64,000 nucleotides of DNA from Verrucomicrobiota bacterium (GTDB taxonomy: Bacteria > Verrucomicrobiota > Verrucomicrobiia > Limisphaerales > JACPZS01), in the NCBI GenBank assembly GCA_016195385.1, contig JACPZS010000039.1, forward strand, positions 32,507-96,506, in the 5' to 3' direction. Below are positions 27,002-37,441 of this stretch, in pieces. Under the pieces are notes generated by a model. It had not been told where the DNA came from. It saw nothing but the letters and a program-made list of their open reading frames with translations, and did no database searches. Every line of letters starts with the position of its first letter. The stretch's first letter is position 1. The translations under genes were made by a program, and so were the position numbers.

Positions 27002-29746
27002 TCAACGATCCAGGCTCTCACGCACGGTCTGCGCGAGCTTCATGGGATCGTACGGCTTCTGGAGAAAATTGAAGCCTTCGCGCAAAGTAAGATCCTGCCC
27101 CGCCATTTCGGCGCTGTAACCGCTGCTGTAAATGATTTTTAGGCCCGGTTTTTTGGCGGTCAGGTGCTCGGCCAATTCGCGGCCGCTGATGCCTTCGGGC
27201 ATCACCATGTCGGTCAGGAGCAAGTCCACGCGGCCTTCCAGTTTTTCCCACAGTTTGAGCGCGGCCACGCCGGAGCCGGCAACCTCGACTTGATAGCCGA
27301 AACGACTGAGAATCTGGCGTACGAGGGCACACAGCGCCGGTTCATCCTCGACGACAAGCACGCGTTCGTTGCCACCGCGGACTGCGGCCGCACTTCTGGG
27401 GATGGGCTTGGGCGGCACGATGCGATCGGCCACCGGCAAAAATATCTTGAACGTCGCGCCGTGGCCGAGTTCGCTCGCCACTTCGATCCAGCCTTCGTGC
27501 TGGCGCACGATGCCGTACACCGTGGCCAGGCCCAGCCCGGTGCCTTTGCCCACATCCTTGGTCGTGAAGAACGGTTCAAAAAGGCGGTGCAGATTTTCGC
27601 GGGCGATCCCGCAGCCGGTGTCCTCGACACAAAGCCGGACAAATTGTCCGGGCCGGGCGAGGGGGTTCTGCGCCACGTATGCTTCGTCGATCGTCTGCGT
27701 CGTGGCGGTGATGTTGAGCCGGCCGCCCTTGGGCATGGCGTCGCGCGCGTTGACGGCCAGGTTTAACAGGATTTGCTCCATCATCCCTTGATCCGCGTGA
27801 ATCGGCGGCAAGTCGCTGGCGTACTCGAATTGCAGTGTGATATCTTCGCCGAGAATCCGCGCCAGCATTTTGGTCAACTGGGTGATGACTTCGTGGAGTT
27901 CGAGTGTCCGCGGTTGCATGACCTGCTTGCGACTGAAGGTCAGCAATTGGCGCGTCAAATTGGAGGCCCGCTCCGTCGCGTCGGCCATCTGGCGGATGGA
28001 TTCGATCTGTTCGGGCCGCAATTGCTTGTCATGCAGCAGCAGACCCGCGTGGCCGGTGATGACCGTAAGGACGTTGTTGAAGTCGTGCGCCAGTCCAGCC
28101 GCGAGCTGGCCGATGGATTCCATCTTCTGCGCCTGCCGCAATTGCGCCTCGATGTTCAGGCGTTCGGTAATTTCGACCGCGTAGCAGTGGACGGCGGGAA
28201 TGGCCGGCACCGGGAAGAACGACCACGAGAGCGTCCGCAGGCCGAAGGCGGTGTTGAGTTGGAGCCGCGGCTGGTTGGTCGTCAGGCACTCATTCACAAT
28301 TTGCGGCGTGCCAGGCGGCAGAATGTCGCGCATGTTGCCTTTGCCCAAATCATGCGCCATCGCCCGCGCGGCGGCATTGAAATAGGCGAGTTTCCCTTCC
28401 GGCGTAAACTCGATCACCATGTTTGGATTGTAACGGGGAAAAGCCGCGAGCGATTCGATCTCAGCCGCGCTTTTTTTCCGTTCCAGGGCGTTGACGAAAA
28501 TTTCGCCGACGAACCGCAGCAATGTCACTTCCTCCTCCGACCAGCGCCGCTCTTGTCGCATGGCATCGAATCCAAAAAATCCAACCGGAGACTTGCCGTA
28601 AACCATCGGCACGAGGAGCAGCGATTTGAGGCCGCCGCTCTCCATCAAAAAGCGCTCCGCGCCGGCCTCCGGCGGCAAGTCTTCAATGCTCGACACTTGG
28701 ATCGGTACAAGCCTCGGAATCTGTTCCTTGAACCACGGAAACTTGTTGAGCGAAAGATTTTGAAAAGCGTCCCGGCGGGAGGAAATCCCTGCGGCACACC
28801 ATTCATGTGTTCGGGAAGTCGAGGCTCCTTCGGCCGTGTACAAAAACACGTAGCTGCGCTCGAGCTGGCTGAATTCCGCCAGCCGCTGCAAGGCCTGGTG
28901 GATGCCGGCATCGATCTCCTCCGCGGCGATGTTGATGAAATGGGACGAGATGTCGGCGATCAACCTTTCGAGCTGCACGCGCAATTGAAGGGATTTCTCA
29001 GCGCGGCGCCGTTCCGTCAGGTCGTTGACAATCGAGAAAATCAGTTTGCGGCCATTGACTTCCAGCGGGCCGGTGTGGAGTTCCACTTCGCGCACTTCGC
29101 CGGAGGCCAGGCGGTGGCGGACTTCAAAATGATGATCATGCTGCTCGGCCGCGCGCTGAAGTAATTCCCGCACCCGCTCAGGCGAAGCAGAGTTGATGTG
29201 AAAAATCTCCATCCCCTTGAGCTGCGCCAGATCGTAGCCGTAGAAGCGGCTGGCCGCGCTGTTCGCGTCCACGATGCGGCCGCTGGCCGGATCCAACAGG
29301 AGCTTTATCGCCTGGTTCGTTTCAAACATGGCGCGATACAATTCGCTGGTCTCTCGCAGCGCGGTCTCGGCCAGTTTGCGATCCGTGATGTCCGTCACCG
29401 CGCCGACGGTGCCGACAATTTCGCCGTTCTCATCTCGCAACGGTGAGGCGTGGACTTGCGCCCAGAATGACCCGCCATTGCGGCAGAGCGTCAAAGTTTC
29501 GTAGGCTTCACTCTGCCCTTGCGCGCGCTGCTGATCACGCTGCAGAGCGAGCGACCACTCCTCGCGCCGCAACAATAATTCATAAGCCCGCGCCCCCAGG
29601 AATTCTTGCCGCGAAAATCCGGTCAACTCGCAAAGGCGCGAATTCACGTAGAGCACGACGTCGTCAAGGTCCGTGATCAACAGGCCTTCGGCCAAATTCT
29701 CGACCACGGATTGCAGGCGCGCGAGGTTATGTAAGAACTGTTGCAC
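27002..29746 (-). CDS. Hybrid sensor histidine kinase (PAS-PAS-GAF-HisKA-HATPase-REC)
   Basis: LAHDFNN H-box, NLAVNARDAM, DTGCGI, GTGLGL, receiver LLLTDMVMP. Confidence 0.95.
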   Translation of the reverse strand: MQQFLHNLARLQSVVENLAEGLLITDLDDVVLYVNSRLCELTGFSRQEFLGARAYELLLRREEWSLALQRDQQRAQGQSEAYETLTLCRNGGSFWAQVHASPLRDENGEIVGTVGAVTDITDRKLAETALRETSELYRAMFETNQAIKLLLDPASGRIVDANSAASRFYGYDLAQLKGMEIFHINSASPERVRELLQRAAEQHDHHFEVRHRLASGEVREVELHTGPLEVNGRKLIFSIVNDLTERRRAEKSLQLRVQLERLIADISSHFINIAAEEIDAGIHQALQRLAEFSQLERSYVFLYTAEGASTSRTHEWCAAGISSRRDAFQNLSLNKFPWFKEQIPRLVPIQVSSIEDLPPEAGAERFLMESGGLKSLLLVPMVYGKSPVGFFGFDAMRQERRWSEEEVTLLRFVGEIFVNALERKKSAAEIESLAAFPRYNPNMVIEFTPEGKLAYFNAAARAMAHDLGKGNMRDILPPGTPQIVNECLTTNQPRLQLNTAFGLRTLSWSFFPVPAIPAVHCYAVEITERLNIEAQLRQAQKMESIGQLAAGLAHDFNNVLTVITGHAGLLLHDKQLRPEQIESIRQMADATERASNLTRQLLTFSRKQVMQPRTLELHEVITQLTKMLARILGEDITLQFEYASDLPPIHADQGMMEQILLNLAVNARDAMPKGGRLNITATTQTIDEAYVAQNPLARPGQFVRLCVEDTGCGIARENLHRLFEPFFTTKDVGKGTGLGLATVYGIVRQHEGWIEVASELGHGATFKIFLPVADRIVPPKPIPRSAAAVRGGNERVLVVEDEPALCALVRQILSRFGYQVEVAGSGVAALKLWEKLEGRVDLLLTDMVMPEGISGRELAEHLTAKKPGLKIIYSSGYSAEMAGQDLTLREGFNFLQKPYDPMKLAQTVRESLDR

Positions 29747-29993
29747 GAGTTAAAGCCTTGAAGCACCGGCGGCTCATTTCACAAAAAAACAGCAGTCTCC
29801 AGAAAATTTATCTCGTTGAGAGATCTGTTCCGCGAAGGAACGTCTTTTTCAACCAGCCTGACCCATTGCGTTGACAAATGAATCCACGATCGCCTGGCGC
29901 GAAATTCTGCGAACTTGAAGGGAGCCTTCGCCGGCACGGCGCGGCGAAGGTTGACCGTGCTGGTTTCGGCGGCTTGCCGCGCCTCGCAACCTC

Positions 29994-30332
29994 TCAGCGT
30001 CGGAATTGCACGGCACCCGTCGCCGGAAGCTCATGCGCGCACGGGGCATTCGTCGGCGCGTCCGGGCGAATTTCATTCGACGAAACCAGACCGTTCGCCA
30101 AGAGGTAGGCCTCGACCTCGTCGCCGCTGATGTCCGGAAGCATCCGCCCGTTGACTTCGACACACGGACTGAGCATCTGCCCGCTCTTCTCGATCATTTC
30201 CTGTCGCTGCTGCGGATTGTTAATGATGTCGCGATCTTCAAATGGCAGGTCGTATTTGCGCATGATGGCGCGCACGCCCTGGCTCCAGCCACACGTTGGT
30301 TTCAAATAAGCGATTATTTTCGGTTTAGTCAT
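29994..30332 (-). CDS. Glutaredoxin-like protein (monothiol CGWS)
   Basis: YLKPTCGWS; SGQMLSPCVEVNG. Confidence 0.8.
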   Translation of the reverse strand: MTKPKIIAYLKPTCGWSQGVRAIMRKYDLPFEDRDIINNPQQRQEMIEKSGQMLSPCVEVNGRMLPDISGDEVEAYLLANGLVSSNEIRPDAPTNAPCAHELPATGAVQFRR

Positions 30333-30591
30333 AGTTTCAAATCTGACTGCCACCCTGCCAAAAAATCATAACTCCGCAACCTTTTCCTTTTTCGTTCGCT
30401 CCGTTCAGCCGCATCTGGTCGCATCCACAAATTGACGTTTTTGCGCGAAGCACCGCGCTCGGAGCCGGCGCGTTGGGACGATGCTCCTCGGCGGAGCCGG
30501 GCCGGAACTGCCGGCCCGCTTTTGCTTCATGGGCGACCGGTGATTTAGCGCCGTTGCGTTTCGCGACCGAAACGGTAAAATCTGTTTCCAG

Positions 30592-31413
30592 ATGAAGACA
30601 ATTTTCCCGTTGCTTGGCGCGTGGTGCGTGGGGATCACGGCGCTGTTCAGTGCCGAGAGCCATTCGCCGACACCACTTCCGCAGGCCCATTCCCACAACG
30701 ACTACGAACAAAAGCGTCCGTTGTTCGATGCGCTCGCCCATGGCTTTTGCCACATCGAGGCGGACGTCCACCTCGTCGATGGCAAGTTGCTCGTGGCGCA
30801 CGATCGATCCCAGGTCCAGAGCGGGAAAACACTGCAAGCGCTGTATCTCGATCCGTTGCGTGAGCAGGTCCGAAAAAATGGCGGACGGGTTTACCGCGAC
30901 GGCCCGCCGGTCACGTTGCTGATCGACGTGAAGTCCGAAGCTGAACCGACCTACACAGCGCTGCTCACCGTGCTAAAGGATTATCGCGAGCTGCTAACCT
31001 CCTTTCAAAAATCAAAAACAGAAATCCGCGCCATCACGGCCATCATTTCCGGCAATCGCGCCCGCGAGGCCATGGCTGCCGAAAGCAGCCGCATCGCCGC
31101 CTACGATGGACGGTTGGAAGATTTGGATGCTCCCGACTCGGTTGGCTTCATCCCGTGGATTAGCAGTGACTGGTCGAGCGTCTCCCGCTGGCGCGGAACC
31201 GGTGAATTTCCTGACCAAGACAAACGCAAGCTCCGCGAAATCGTGGCGAAGGCCCACGCGCACGGACGCCAAGTGCGCTTCTGGGGCACGCCGGACAAAC
31301 CCGTTGTCTGGCGCGAGTTGCTCGACGCCGGCGTGGACATTCTCATCGCCGATGACTTGCCCGTGTTGAAGGATTTTTTGCTCGGCCAGCAAAAGGCAGC
31401 GCCAGCCAAGTGA
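30592..31413 (+). CDS. Secreted PLC-like/GDPD-fold phosphodiesterase
   Basis: AHSHNDY, IEADV, VAHD, LLIDVK, VRFWGTPD. Confidence 0.85.
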   Translation: MKTIFPLLGAWCVGITALFSAESHSPTPLPQAHSHNDYEQKRPLFDALAHGFCHIEADVHLVDGKLLVAHDRSQVQSGKTLQALYLDPLREQVRKNGGRVYRDGPPVTLLIDVKSEAEPTYTALLTVLKDYRELLTSFQKSKTEIRAITAIISGNRAREAMAAESSRIAAYDGRLEDLDAPDSVGFIPWISSDWSSVSRWRGTGEFPDQDKRKLREIVAKAHAHGRQVRFWGTPDKPVVWRELLDAGVDILIADDLPVLKDFLLGQQKAAPAK

Positions 31414-31577
31414 GTGCGCCACACGGTTGATGCAAGTACGGGTGCGCGAATCATGCTGCGGATTCCAGCCAATAATTTCCAGAAATGTCTTTCGGTTGAT
31501 TGCCGCGGCCAAAAAATATTTGCGAACTTGTGACTTGCGTTGACTTGCGCTGCCGCCGGCTTCATATTTTTTTTGCA

Positions 31578-32348
31578 ATGAATTTCGATATTTCACACGT
31601 ACTGAACCAGTGGCCCTACGAGCCGGGCGATGTGCAAGTCCGCCGGTTCCGGGGCAAGGATGGAGATGAGAAAATCCAACTGCGCGTGGACTTGGGAATG
31701 TTGCAGATGAACGCCGAGGGCCGGCCCGATGGCAAGCGGCCATTCGGCCACGAGTCTTTGCTTGAACACCATCTGGCCCGCCGGCAGCGCCATCTGGAGG
31801 CGAACCCCGGCGATCCGGATGGCTTCGCGCTGACGGCAGAAGATTGTGGCAAGCTCCAGCAGGAGGCGATTCAGTATTACCACCGCTACATCTGCCTGTT
31901 TCAGCTCAACGATTTTGGCGGCGTGCTGCGCGATACGCGCCGCAACCTCGCGGTATTCGATTTTGTCGCCGAGCATGCGCAAAGCGACGAACTGGCCTGG
32001 GGCCTCCAGCAGTTCAAGCCGCAATTGTTGATGATGCAAACGCGCGCGCACGGCGCGATGGCGCTGGAAAACAAGCGGCACGACGATGCCGTCGAGCTCA
32101 TCCAAGCTGGCCTGGAGTCCATCCGGGAATTTTACCGCGACCATGCACGGCTCGATTTGCTGGAGCAGAGCGGCGAGATCCATTTGCTCGAAAACTGGCT
32201 GGCCGAAATCCGAGAGCAGCGCCCGTTGTCGGAGCGCGAAAAACTGGAGCGCGCCCTGAGCGAAGCCGTCGGCCGGGAAGATTACGAACAGGCGGCCGCG
32301 ATGCGCGACGCCTTGCGCAACCTGCGGCCCTCTTCCCCCAAGCGATGA
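31578..32348 (+). CDS. UvrB/UvrC-motif (UVR) protein
   Basis: IQLRVDLGMLQM..GRPDG; C-terminal LSEAVGREDYEQAAAMRD; start at ATG 31578. Confidence 0.85.
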   Translation: MNFDISHVLNQWPYEPGDVQVRRFRGKDGDEKIQLRVDLGMLQMNAEGRPDGKRPFGHESLLEHHLARRQRHLEANPGDPDGFALTAEDCGKLQQEAIQYYHRYICLFQLNDFGGVLRDTRRNLAVFDFVAEHAQSDELAWGLQQFKPQLLMMQTRAHGAMALENKRHDDAVELIQAGLESIREFYRDHARLDLLEQSGEIHLLENWLAEIREQRPLSEREKLERALSEAVGREDYEQAAAMRDALRNLRPSSPKR

Positions 32349-32791
32349 ACCTCTCCGAGCGGCTCGCGCAGGACATCAAGACGGCGATGCTGGCCAAGGA
32401 CGCGGAGCGCTTGTCCGCCTTGCGGATGCTCAAATCCGCCGCCGGATATCTCCAGATCGAGAAAAAAACCGAGACTCTTTCCGACGCCGAATTCGTCACG
32501 CTGGTGCAGCGCGAAGTCAAAAAGCGGCGCGATTCCATCGAGCAGTTTGAAAAAGGCGGCCGACCGGAACTCGCGGCGAAGGAACAAGCGGAAGTGGTCG
32601 TGCTCGAAGCATATCTTCCGCAACCGTTTTCCGCCGATGAACTCGAACAACTCGTGCGCGCCACCATCCAGGAAACCGACGCAACCAGCAAGAAGGACAT
32701 GGGCGCGGTGATCAAGGCGGTGCAAGCGAAGTCAGCCGGTCGCGCGGACGGCAAAACGATCAGCACAGCGGTCGGAAAATTGCTGCCTTAG
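32345..32791 (+). CDS. GatB/YqeY domain protein
   Basis: MNLSERLAQDIKTAM, KKRRDSIEQF, KDMGAV, RADG; ATGA overlap with the upstream gene. Confidence 0.9.
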   Translation: MNLSERLAQDIKTAMLAKDAERLSALRMLKSAAGYLQIEKKTETLSDAEFVTLVQREVKKRRDSIEQFEKGGRPELAAKEQAEVVVLEAYLPQPFSADELEQLVRATIQETDATSKKDMGAVIKAVQAKSAGRADGKTISTAVGKLLP

Positions 32792-32807
32792 CGCGCACGA
32801 CCGCGCA

Positions 32808-34325
32808 TCACACGGCCAACGCGCCGCGCGTGCGCTTCACCAAATCGTTTTCCTTGTCTGCGGATCCGTGGAGATAAAACATGCTGGCCACCAGAAAGTG
32901 CGCACGCACGGCGGTCGAAACGTGCCCGTAATCTTCCAGCACTGCCGCGCTGAATTTGTAATCGTGCGGGTTGTCCCCTTTCAAAAATATCAGCCGCCGC
33001 GCGGTGTCCAGGAGCGCTTTTGCGTCCGGATTTTCTTTCAGGTAAGCCAGCGTCCGTCGTGCCGCGCCCAATTTGTCGTGACTAACCGTGGCGAAAATTT
33101 CTCCGATGGCGTCGGCACCCGAGCTTTTGGTTTGGAACGGCTCAAATTCATCAATGCGGAGGGCGGATTTCTTCGCGTTCGACGCGCTGCGGAACAGCGG
33201 AACGAACGCGGCATTTTGCAGAAGCAGCAGGCGGCGCGTGGTGTCGTCTTTGGAAGTTTGGAAGGCGAAGTGAAACGCGTTGGTAGAAGTAACCGCGTGC
33301 AGCGAGATGATGCCGGGGTCGCGCATCAACAATTCGCCCGCGCTCGCAAACAGTGCATCCCAGATCGGTTGCGGCGAGCAGCCGCGATTGAGCAGTGCGA
33401 CGACTTGATCGCAAGCGTCGTTTTCCGAACCAGCGCGCAGAATTTGGAGTAATTCGGTCGTGGCGGCGGCGTCCAATTTTCCAGTGAGCCAGTCGTTGCG
33501 AATCTTCGCCGCGAGTTCGCGATTGCGTTTGAAAGAACGATCCTCCGGCGCGGCGCGTCCGGCGGGATTTTCTCCATTGTAGTCCAGCAACGCGTAAGCG
33601 AGCGAGCGCAGCACCGGCTCGGCGTGCTGCCAGCCGATGTGCTGGAGCGTGCGCCAACTGTTTGCGACGTAGATCGCCTTGTGGCCGATTTCGCGGAAGT
33701 CCCGCGCGCCGAATCGGCAGAATGTTTCAAAGACTTCCCCCGGCGGCGCGGAGCGGGCCAGCCCAACGACGGCGGCATCGGCACCCGCCACATCCCAAGC
33801 CTCCATCGCTTTGACGAACGCCGCTTTCGCCTTGTCCGCCGACGGGACGGTGGTTTCCTCCACGGGGCCGAGATGCCAGTTGCCTTCGCGGGCGTTGCGC
33901 GCCTGCGAATCTTTGAAGTAATCCAGCGCCCAGAAAATCGGCAGCCAGCGATCCGTCTCCGGCGACGCGAGGCTGGCCAGGTGCGCGGAGTTGACGACGA
34001 GGACCGCGTGAAATTTGAAGCCGACCGGACGGGGTTGGACGTTGCGCACGCCAGCGAGCAGAAGCGCCGACAAAACTTCGCGGTAACTCAAGCCGCGCTG
34101 GATGCGCCGGCCAACTTCTTCGAGCAGGCGTTCACGCGGAGTTTCTTCGAGCAGGCGAACAAGCGGCTCGATTTCGGGACGAAATTGCACGAACCGGGTT
34201 TCGAGCCGGGCCTCGGCCGCAGTGACGCGCGGCAGCCGCGCGAGAAAATCCAAACCACCGAGCGCACCGAGCGCACCCGTCGCCGCGGTTTGGAAAAATT
34301 GTCGGCGAGGAATCGGCGCGGGCAT
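32808..34325 (-). CDS. Conserved hypothetical protein with Tat signal
   Basis: PRRQFF; His motifs FKFHAVL, IGHKAIY, SLHAVT, PHDYKF. Confidence 0.75.
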   Translation of the reverse strand: MPAPIPRRQFFQTAATGALGALGGLDFLARLPRVTAAEARLETRFVQFRPEIEPLVRLLEETPRERLLEEVGRRIQRGLSYREVLSALLLAGVRNVQPRPVGFKFHAVLVVNSAHLASLASPETDRWLPIFWALDYFKDSQARNAREGNWHLGPVEETTVPSADKAKAAFVKAMEAWDVAGADAAVVGLARSAPPGEVFETFCRFGARDFREIGHKAIYVANSWRTLQHIGWQHAEPVLRSLAYALLDYNGENPAGRAAPEDRSFKRNRELAAKIRNDWLTGKLDAAATTELLQILRAGSENDACDQVVALLNRGCSPQPIWDALFASAGELLMRDPGIISLHAVTSTNAFHFAFQTSKDDTTRRLLLLQNAAFVPLFRSASNAKKSALRIDEFEPFQTKSSGADAIGEIFATVSHDKLGAARRTLAYLKENPDAKALLDTARRLIFLKGDNPHDYKFSAAVLEDYGHVSTAVRAHFLVASMFYLHGSADKENDLVKRTRGALAV

Positions 34326-34334
34326 GGGAAAAAG

Positions 34335-35854
34335 TTAATTTTTGCGCCGCGGCACAATGCGGATCCAGTCGAATTTCCCGACCGCCTCAGCAGTTCCGCC
34401 AGCAGTCAGCGCGACGCGCACGCCGCGGTCCGCCGGCGGGAGGAAATCCCCCGCGACGGTGACGGCGGCTCCCATGTTGTTCCAATCGCGCGAATTGAGG
34501 CTGTATTCAAACTGGTAGCGGCGGCCTCCTGTGACGGTCATACGCAAAAAGACTTCCGGTGCGTTGGGGAAATCCCGGGTGATGAGGTTTTCGTGATTTC
34601 CTTTTTGCCGCCGCCAGAGCACGAGTTTCCCGCCACCGGCAGCCAGGCCGAGGGCGTTTTCGCGATCACCAAACGCAGCCAGGCAGCCGCGGGCGACAGA
34701 ACAATCCGGCCGGAACCGGAGCTGATTATCTGGTAATTGGGTTCGCTGGCCGAAGGCCACTGCCATTCGGGACGCAGATTGCTGAGCGTGAAATCGTCGA
34801 AAAAAGTGTTCTCCCCATGCAAGCTGGGGACACCGAGCGGGGCCATGGTTCGTTTGCTGGGGCCTTTGCCGTGGTTGATGGCCGGCCAATCGCTGCTCCA
34901 AGTGACCGCGTCCAACATCGTCTGGCGACCGACGTAAATCGAATCTGTGGCGCTGTATGCGTGATAGAGCAGATACTGATGTCCTTCGGCATCGGCCACG
35001 ATGCTGCCGTGCCCGGGACATTTCCATGTGTCATTGCCGGCGAGGATCGGGTTGGCCGGATTTTTTTCCCACGATCCGAGCAAATTTTTCGCGCGGGCAA
35101 CCCCCAACGCATAATTGCAGTTGGTGTTGCAACAGCCATTGCCGGAGTAAAAGAGATAGAACCACTCGCGGTGGCGCAACACAAACGGTCCTTCCACGCT
35201 GTCGCCTTCCCACGGAGCGTCGTTGCGGATGAGTTCCTTCCTCTCGCCGACCAGTTGCGTGCCGTCGTCGTTTAGTTTTTGGGCCCAGATGACCGCGGGC
35301 TTTTTACGGCTATCGCCGTCCTCTTTCCAGATCAAATGAGGATCGCCGGCTTCGTCCAGCGTCATGTCGGGATCGATGGAACCCATTTCCTGGCTGACCA
35401 GTGGGCCGTGGTCCGTGTACGGGCCGCCGGGCCGGGCCGCGCTCGCCACGGCAATCGTAAGCGGGCCGTCTTTTTTCCGGGCGACATAATAAACCAGGTA
35501 ACGACGACGAAATTCCGTCAATTCGGGTGCCGCGTAATTGCCAACCGACCACTCCGGACGTTTCGTGAAAACCGCGCCCTCGATTTTCCAATTCACCAGA
35601 TCGCGGGAACGCAGCAGCGGAAAAATGGGCGCCCATTCGGAGGTGGTGGCCGTCGCCCAGAAATCGTCGCCGGCGCGGATCACGGACGGATCCGGAAAAT
35701 CGCCGCCCAGCACCGGATTGGCATAGGTCGCTTCCTTGGGCTTGGCGGGCGCGGAACAGGCCAGCAGGCCGAACAGCATAATGCCCATGCCCCAAAAATT
35801 TTGCCGCTGTCGGAGTCGCAACTTGTTCATGCTTTTATTGGCCAGTCCGTTCAC
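34335..35854 (-). pseudogene. GH43 glycoside hydrolase, frameshifted in the C-terminal domain
   Basis: DFPDPSV, SIDPD, VEGP, CPGHGS in ORF 34538..35854; the C-terminus (AAFGDRENALG...FDWIRI) continues in another frame (ORF 34335..35027). Confidence 0.8.
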
Positions 35855-35929
35855 TGCGAGCCGGTTCCAGCCTGCGCGGAGTCTTGCGCACGGATGCCGG
35901 AGTAGGCAAGGAAGTTTGCGCCGCGCAGT

Positions 35930-36724
35930 TCATCGTCCGGCCGCGCCGTCGCGAACTTTCGACGCAAAATTTGTCTCGTCGAGCGCGCGTTTCACCGCCG
36001 GAGAGGCCGCGAGCACTTCGGCAAGCGGAACGACGGGCAACCGGCGCCTTTGATACCACGCGACGGCAAACAAATCGACCAGGCCGCGGCCCAGCCGGTT
36101 CCACACGCCGTATTTGGAAACGCCCGCCACGCGCGGGCGATGGTGGACGGGCACTTCGACCATGCGCGAACCGTTTCCATGCACCAATATCGGCAGAAAG
36201 CGGTGCAGGCCGTTGAAAGGAAAAACTCCGTTCAACGCCGAACGTCGAAAAGCCCGCAACGAACAACCCGTATCGCGGAAATCGACGCCCAACACCGCGC
36301 GCCGCGCCCACCGCGCAACCTCCGAGGAAGCGAGACGTAGAAAATTGTCCTGCCGCGCCAAGCGCACACCCATGACAAAATCCGCCGACGCCAGTTCGCG
36401 CAGCAGCTTCGGCAAATCGGCGGGATCGTTTTGCAAATCACCATCCAGCGTCGCGATCACTTCCGCATCCGTCGCCTGCATTCCGCTCCACAACGCGGCG
36501 CTTTGCCCCGCATTGCGCGCGTGGCGCAGACCGCGCACCCGGCCGTCCGCCGCGTGCGCGGCCACGATTTCGATCCATGTCTCATCGCGGCTCGCGTCGT
36601 CCACAAAGATTAGTTCCCAAAGGCGCGGCTCGCCGGCGAGCGCCGCGGTCACTTCGCACGCGAGGCGCTGGATGTTCGCCGCTTCGTTGAACACCGGCAC
36701 GATGATGGAGATGGCGACTGACAC
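35930..36724 (-). CDS. GT2 glycosyltransferase (polyprenol-phosphate type)
   Basis: IIVPVFNE, VDDASRD, LDGDLQNDP, DTGCSLR, HRFLP. Confidence 0.92.
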   Translation of the reverse strand: MSVAISIIVPVFNEAANIQRLACEVTAALAGEPRLWELIFVDDASRDETWIEIVAAHAADGRVRGLRHARNAGQSAALWSGMQATDAEVIATLDGDLQNDPADLPKLLRELASADFVMGVRLARQDNFLRLASSEVARWARRAVLGVDFRDTGCSLRAFRRSALNGVFPFNGLHRFLPILVHGNGSRMVEVPVHHRPRVAGVSKYGVWNRLGRGLVDLFAVAWYQRRRLPVVPLAEVLAASPAVKRALDETNFASKVRDGAAGR

Positions 36725-36908
36725 GCCGGGAGACTAGGAACCGCCCGCGTTTTGGAAAACAGAAAATTGTCCTCCCTCAAACTTTTTTGCCCAAAGCCGA
36801 TGATCCTTCAGCGGACAAGGTTGTCGTTGCCGGCGCTAATCGTGAATTGAATCACGCCTGCGCCCAAAACACTGTTCGCGATCGTCAACGCCCGCATGGG
36901 GCCGAAAT

Positions 36909-37385
36909 ATGAAAATCCTGGTCGCCGATGATGACGCCGTTTGCCGCCATGTGCTGGAACTTGTCCTGCGCAATTTTGGTCACGACCTCGTGTCCTGCGG
37001 CGATGGCGACGAAGCCTGGCGCGTGCTCCAGCAACCCGACGCGCCTCCGCTCGCCATTCTGGATTGGATCATGCCCGACGATTATATTCCCAAGCCGTTT
37101 GATTACGAGGAGCTCCGGGTGCGCGTGCAGGTGGGGGAACGCATCGTCAAATTACAACAAGCACTCGCCCAGCGCGTCGCAGAACTACAGCGCGCAGTGA
37201 CACGAGTCAGCCAGGTGCAGCCGATCATCCCGATTTGCAAATTTTGCAAAAAAGTTCATGCCGATGAGAACCACTGGGATGAAGTCGAGAACTTCCTCGC
37301 GCGCCATTCCCAGTCCAAATTCTGCGAGGGCGTTTGCCCCGACTGCCTTGAAGTGGGTTTGCAACTGGAAAAAGACGCCGTGTAG
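36909..37385 (+). CDS. Response regulator with internally deleted receiver domain and C-terminal Cys/His module
   Basis: ILVADDD; LDWIMP joined directly to DDYIPKPF; C-terminal PICKFCKK...GVCPDC. Confidence 0.75.
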   Translation: MKILVADDDAVCRHVLELVLRNFGHDLVSCGDGDEAWRVLQQPDAPPLAILDWIMPDDYIPKPFDYEELRVRVQVGERIVKLQQALAQRVAELQRAVTRVSQVQPIIPICKFCKKVHADENHWDEVENFLARHSQSKFCEGVCPDCLEVGLQLEKDAV

Positions 37386-37441
37386 CGGAAAACTCCGGAC
37401 GAAGTTTCCGTCCCGTCAAGTGGCGTCAGTCCACGCCGGCT

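Noticed and set aside
30460-30530. GC hairpins and a REP-like stretch between divergent genes
   Set aside because: Single occurrence in the window; cannot be distinguished from background GC-rich folding.
31844-32344. Long N-terminal extension of the YqeY ORF
   Set aside because: It overlaps the UVR gene in another frame; the real start is ATG 32345.
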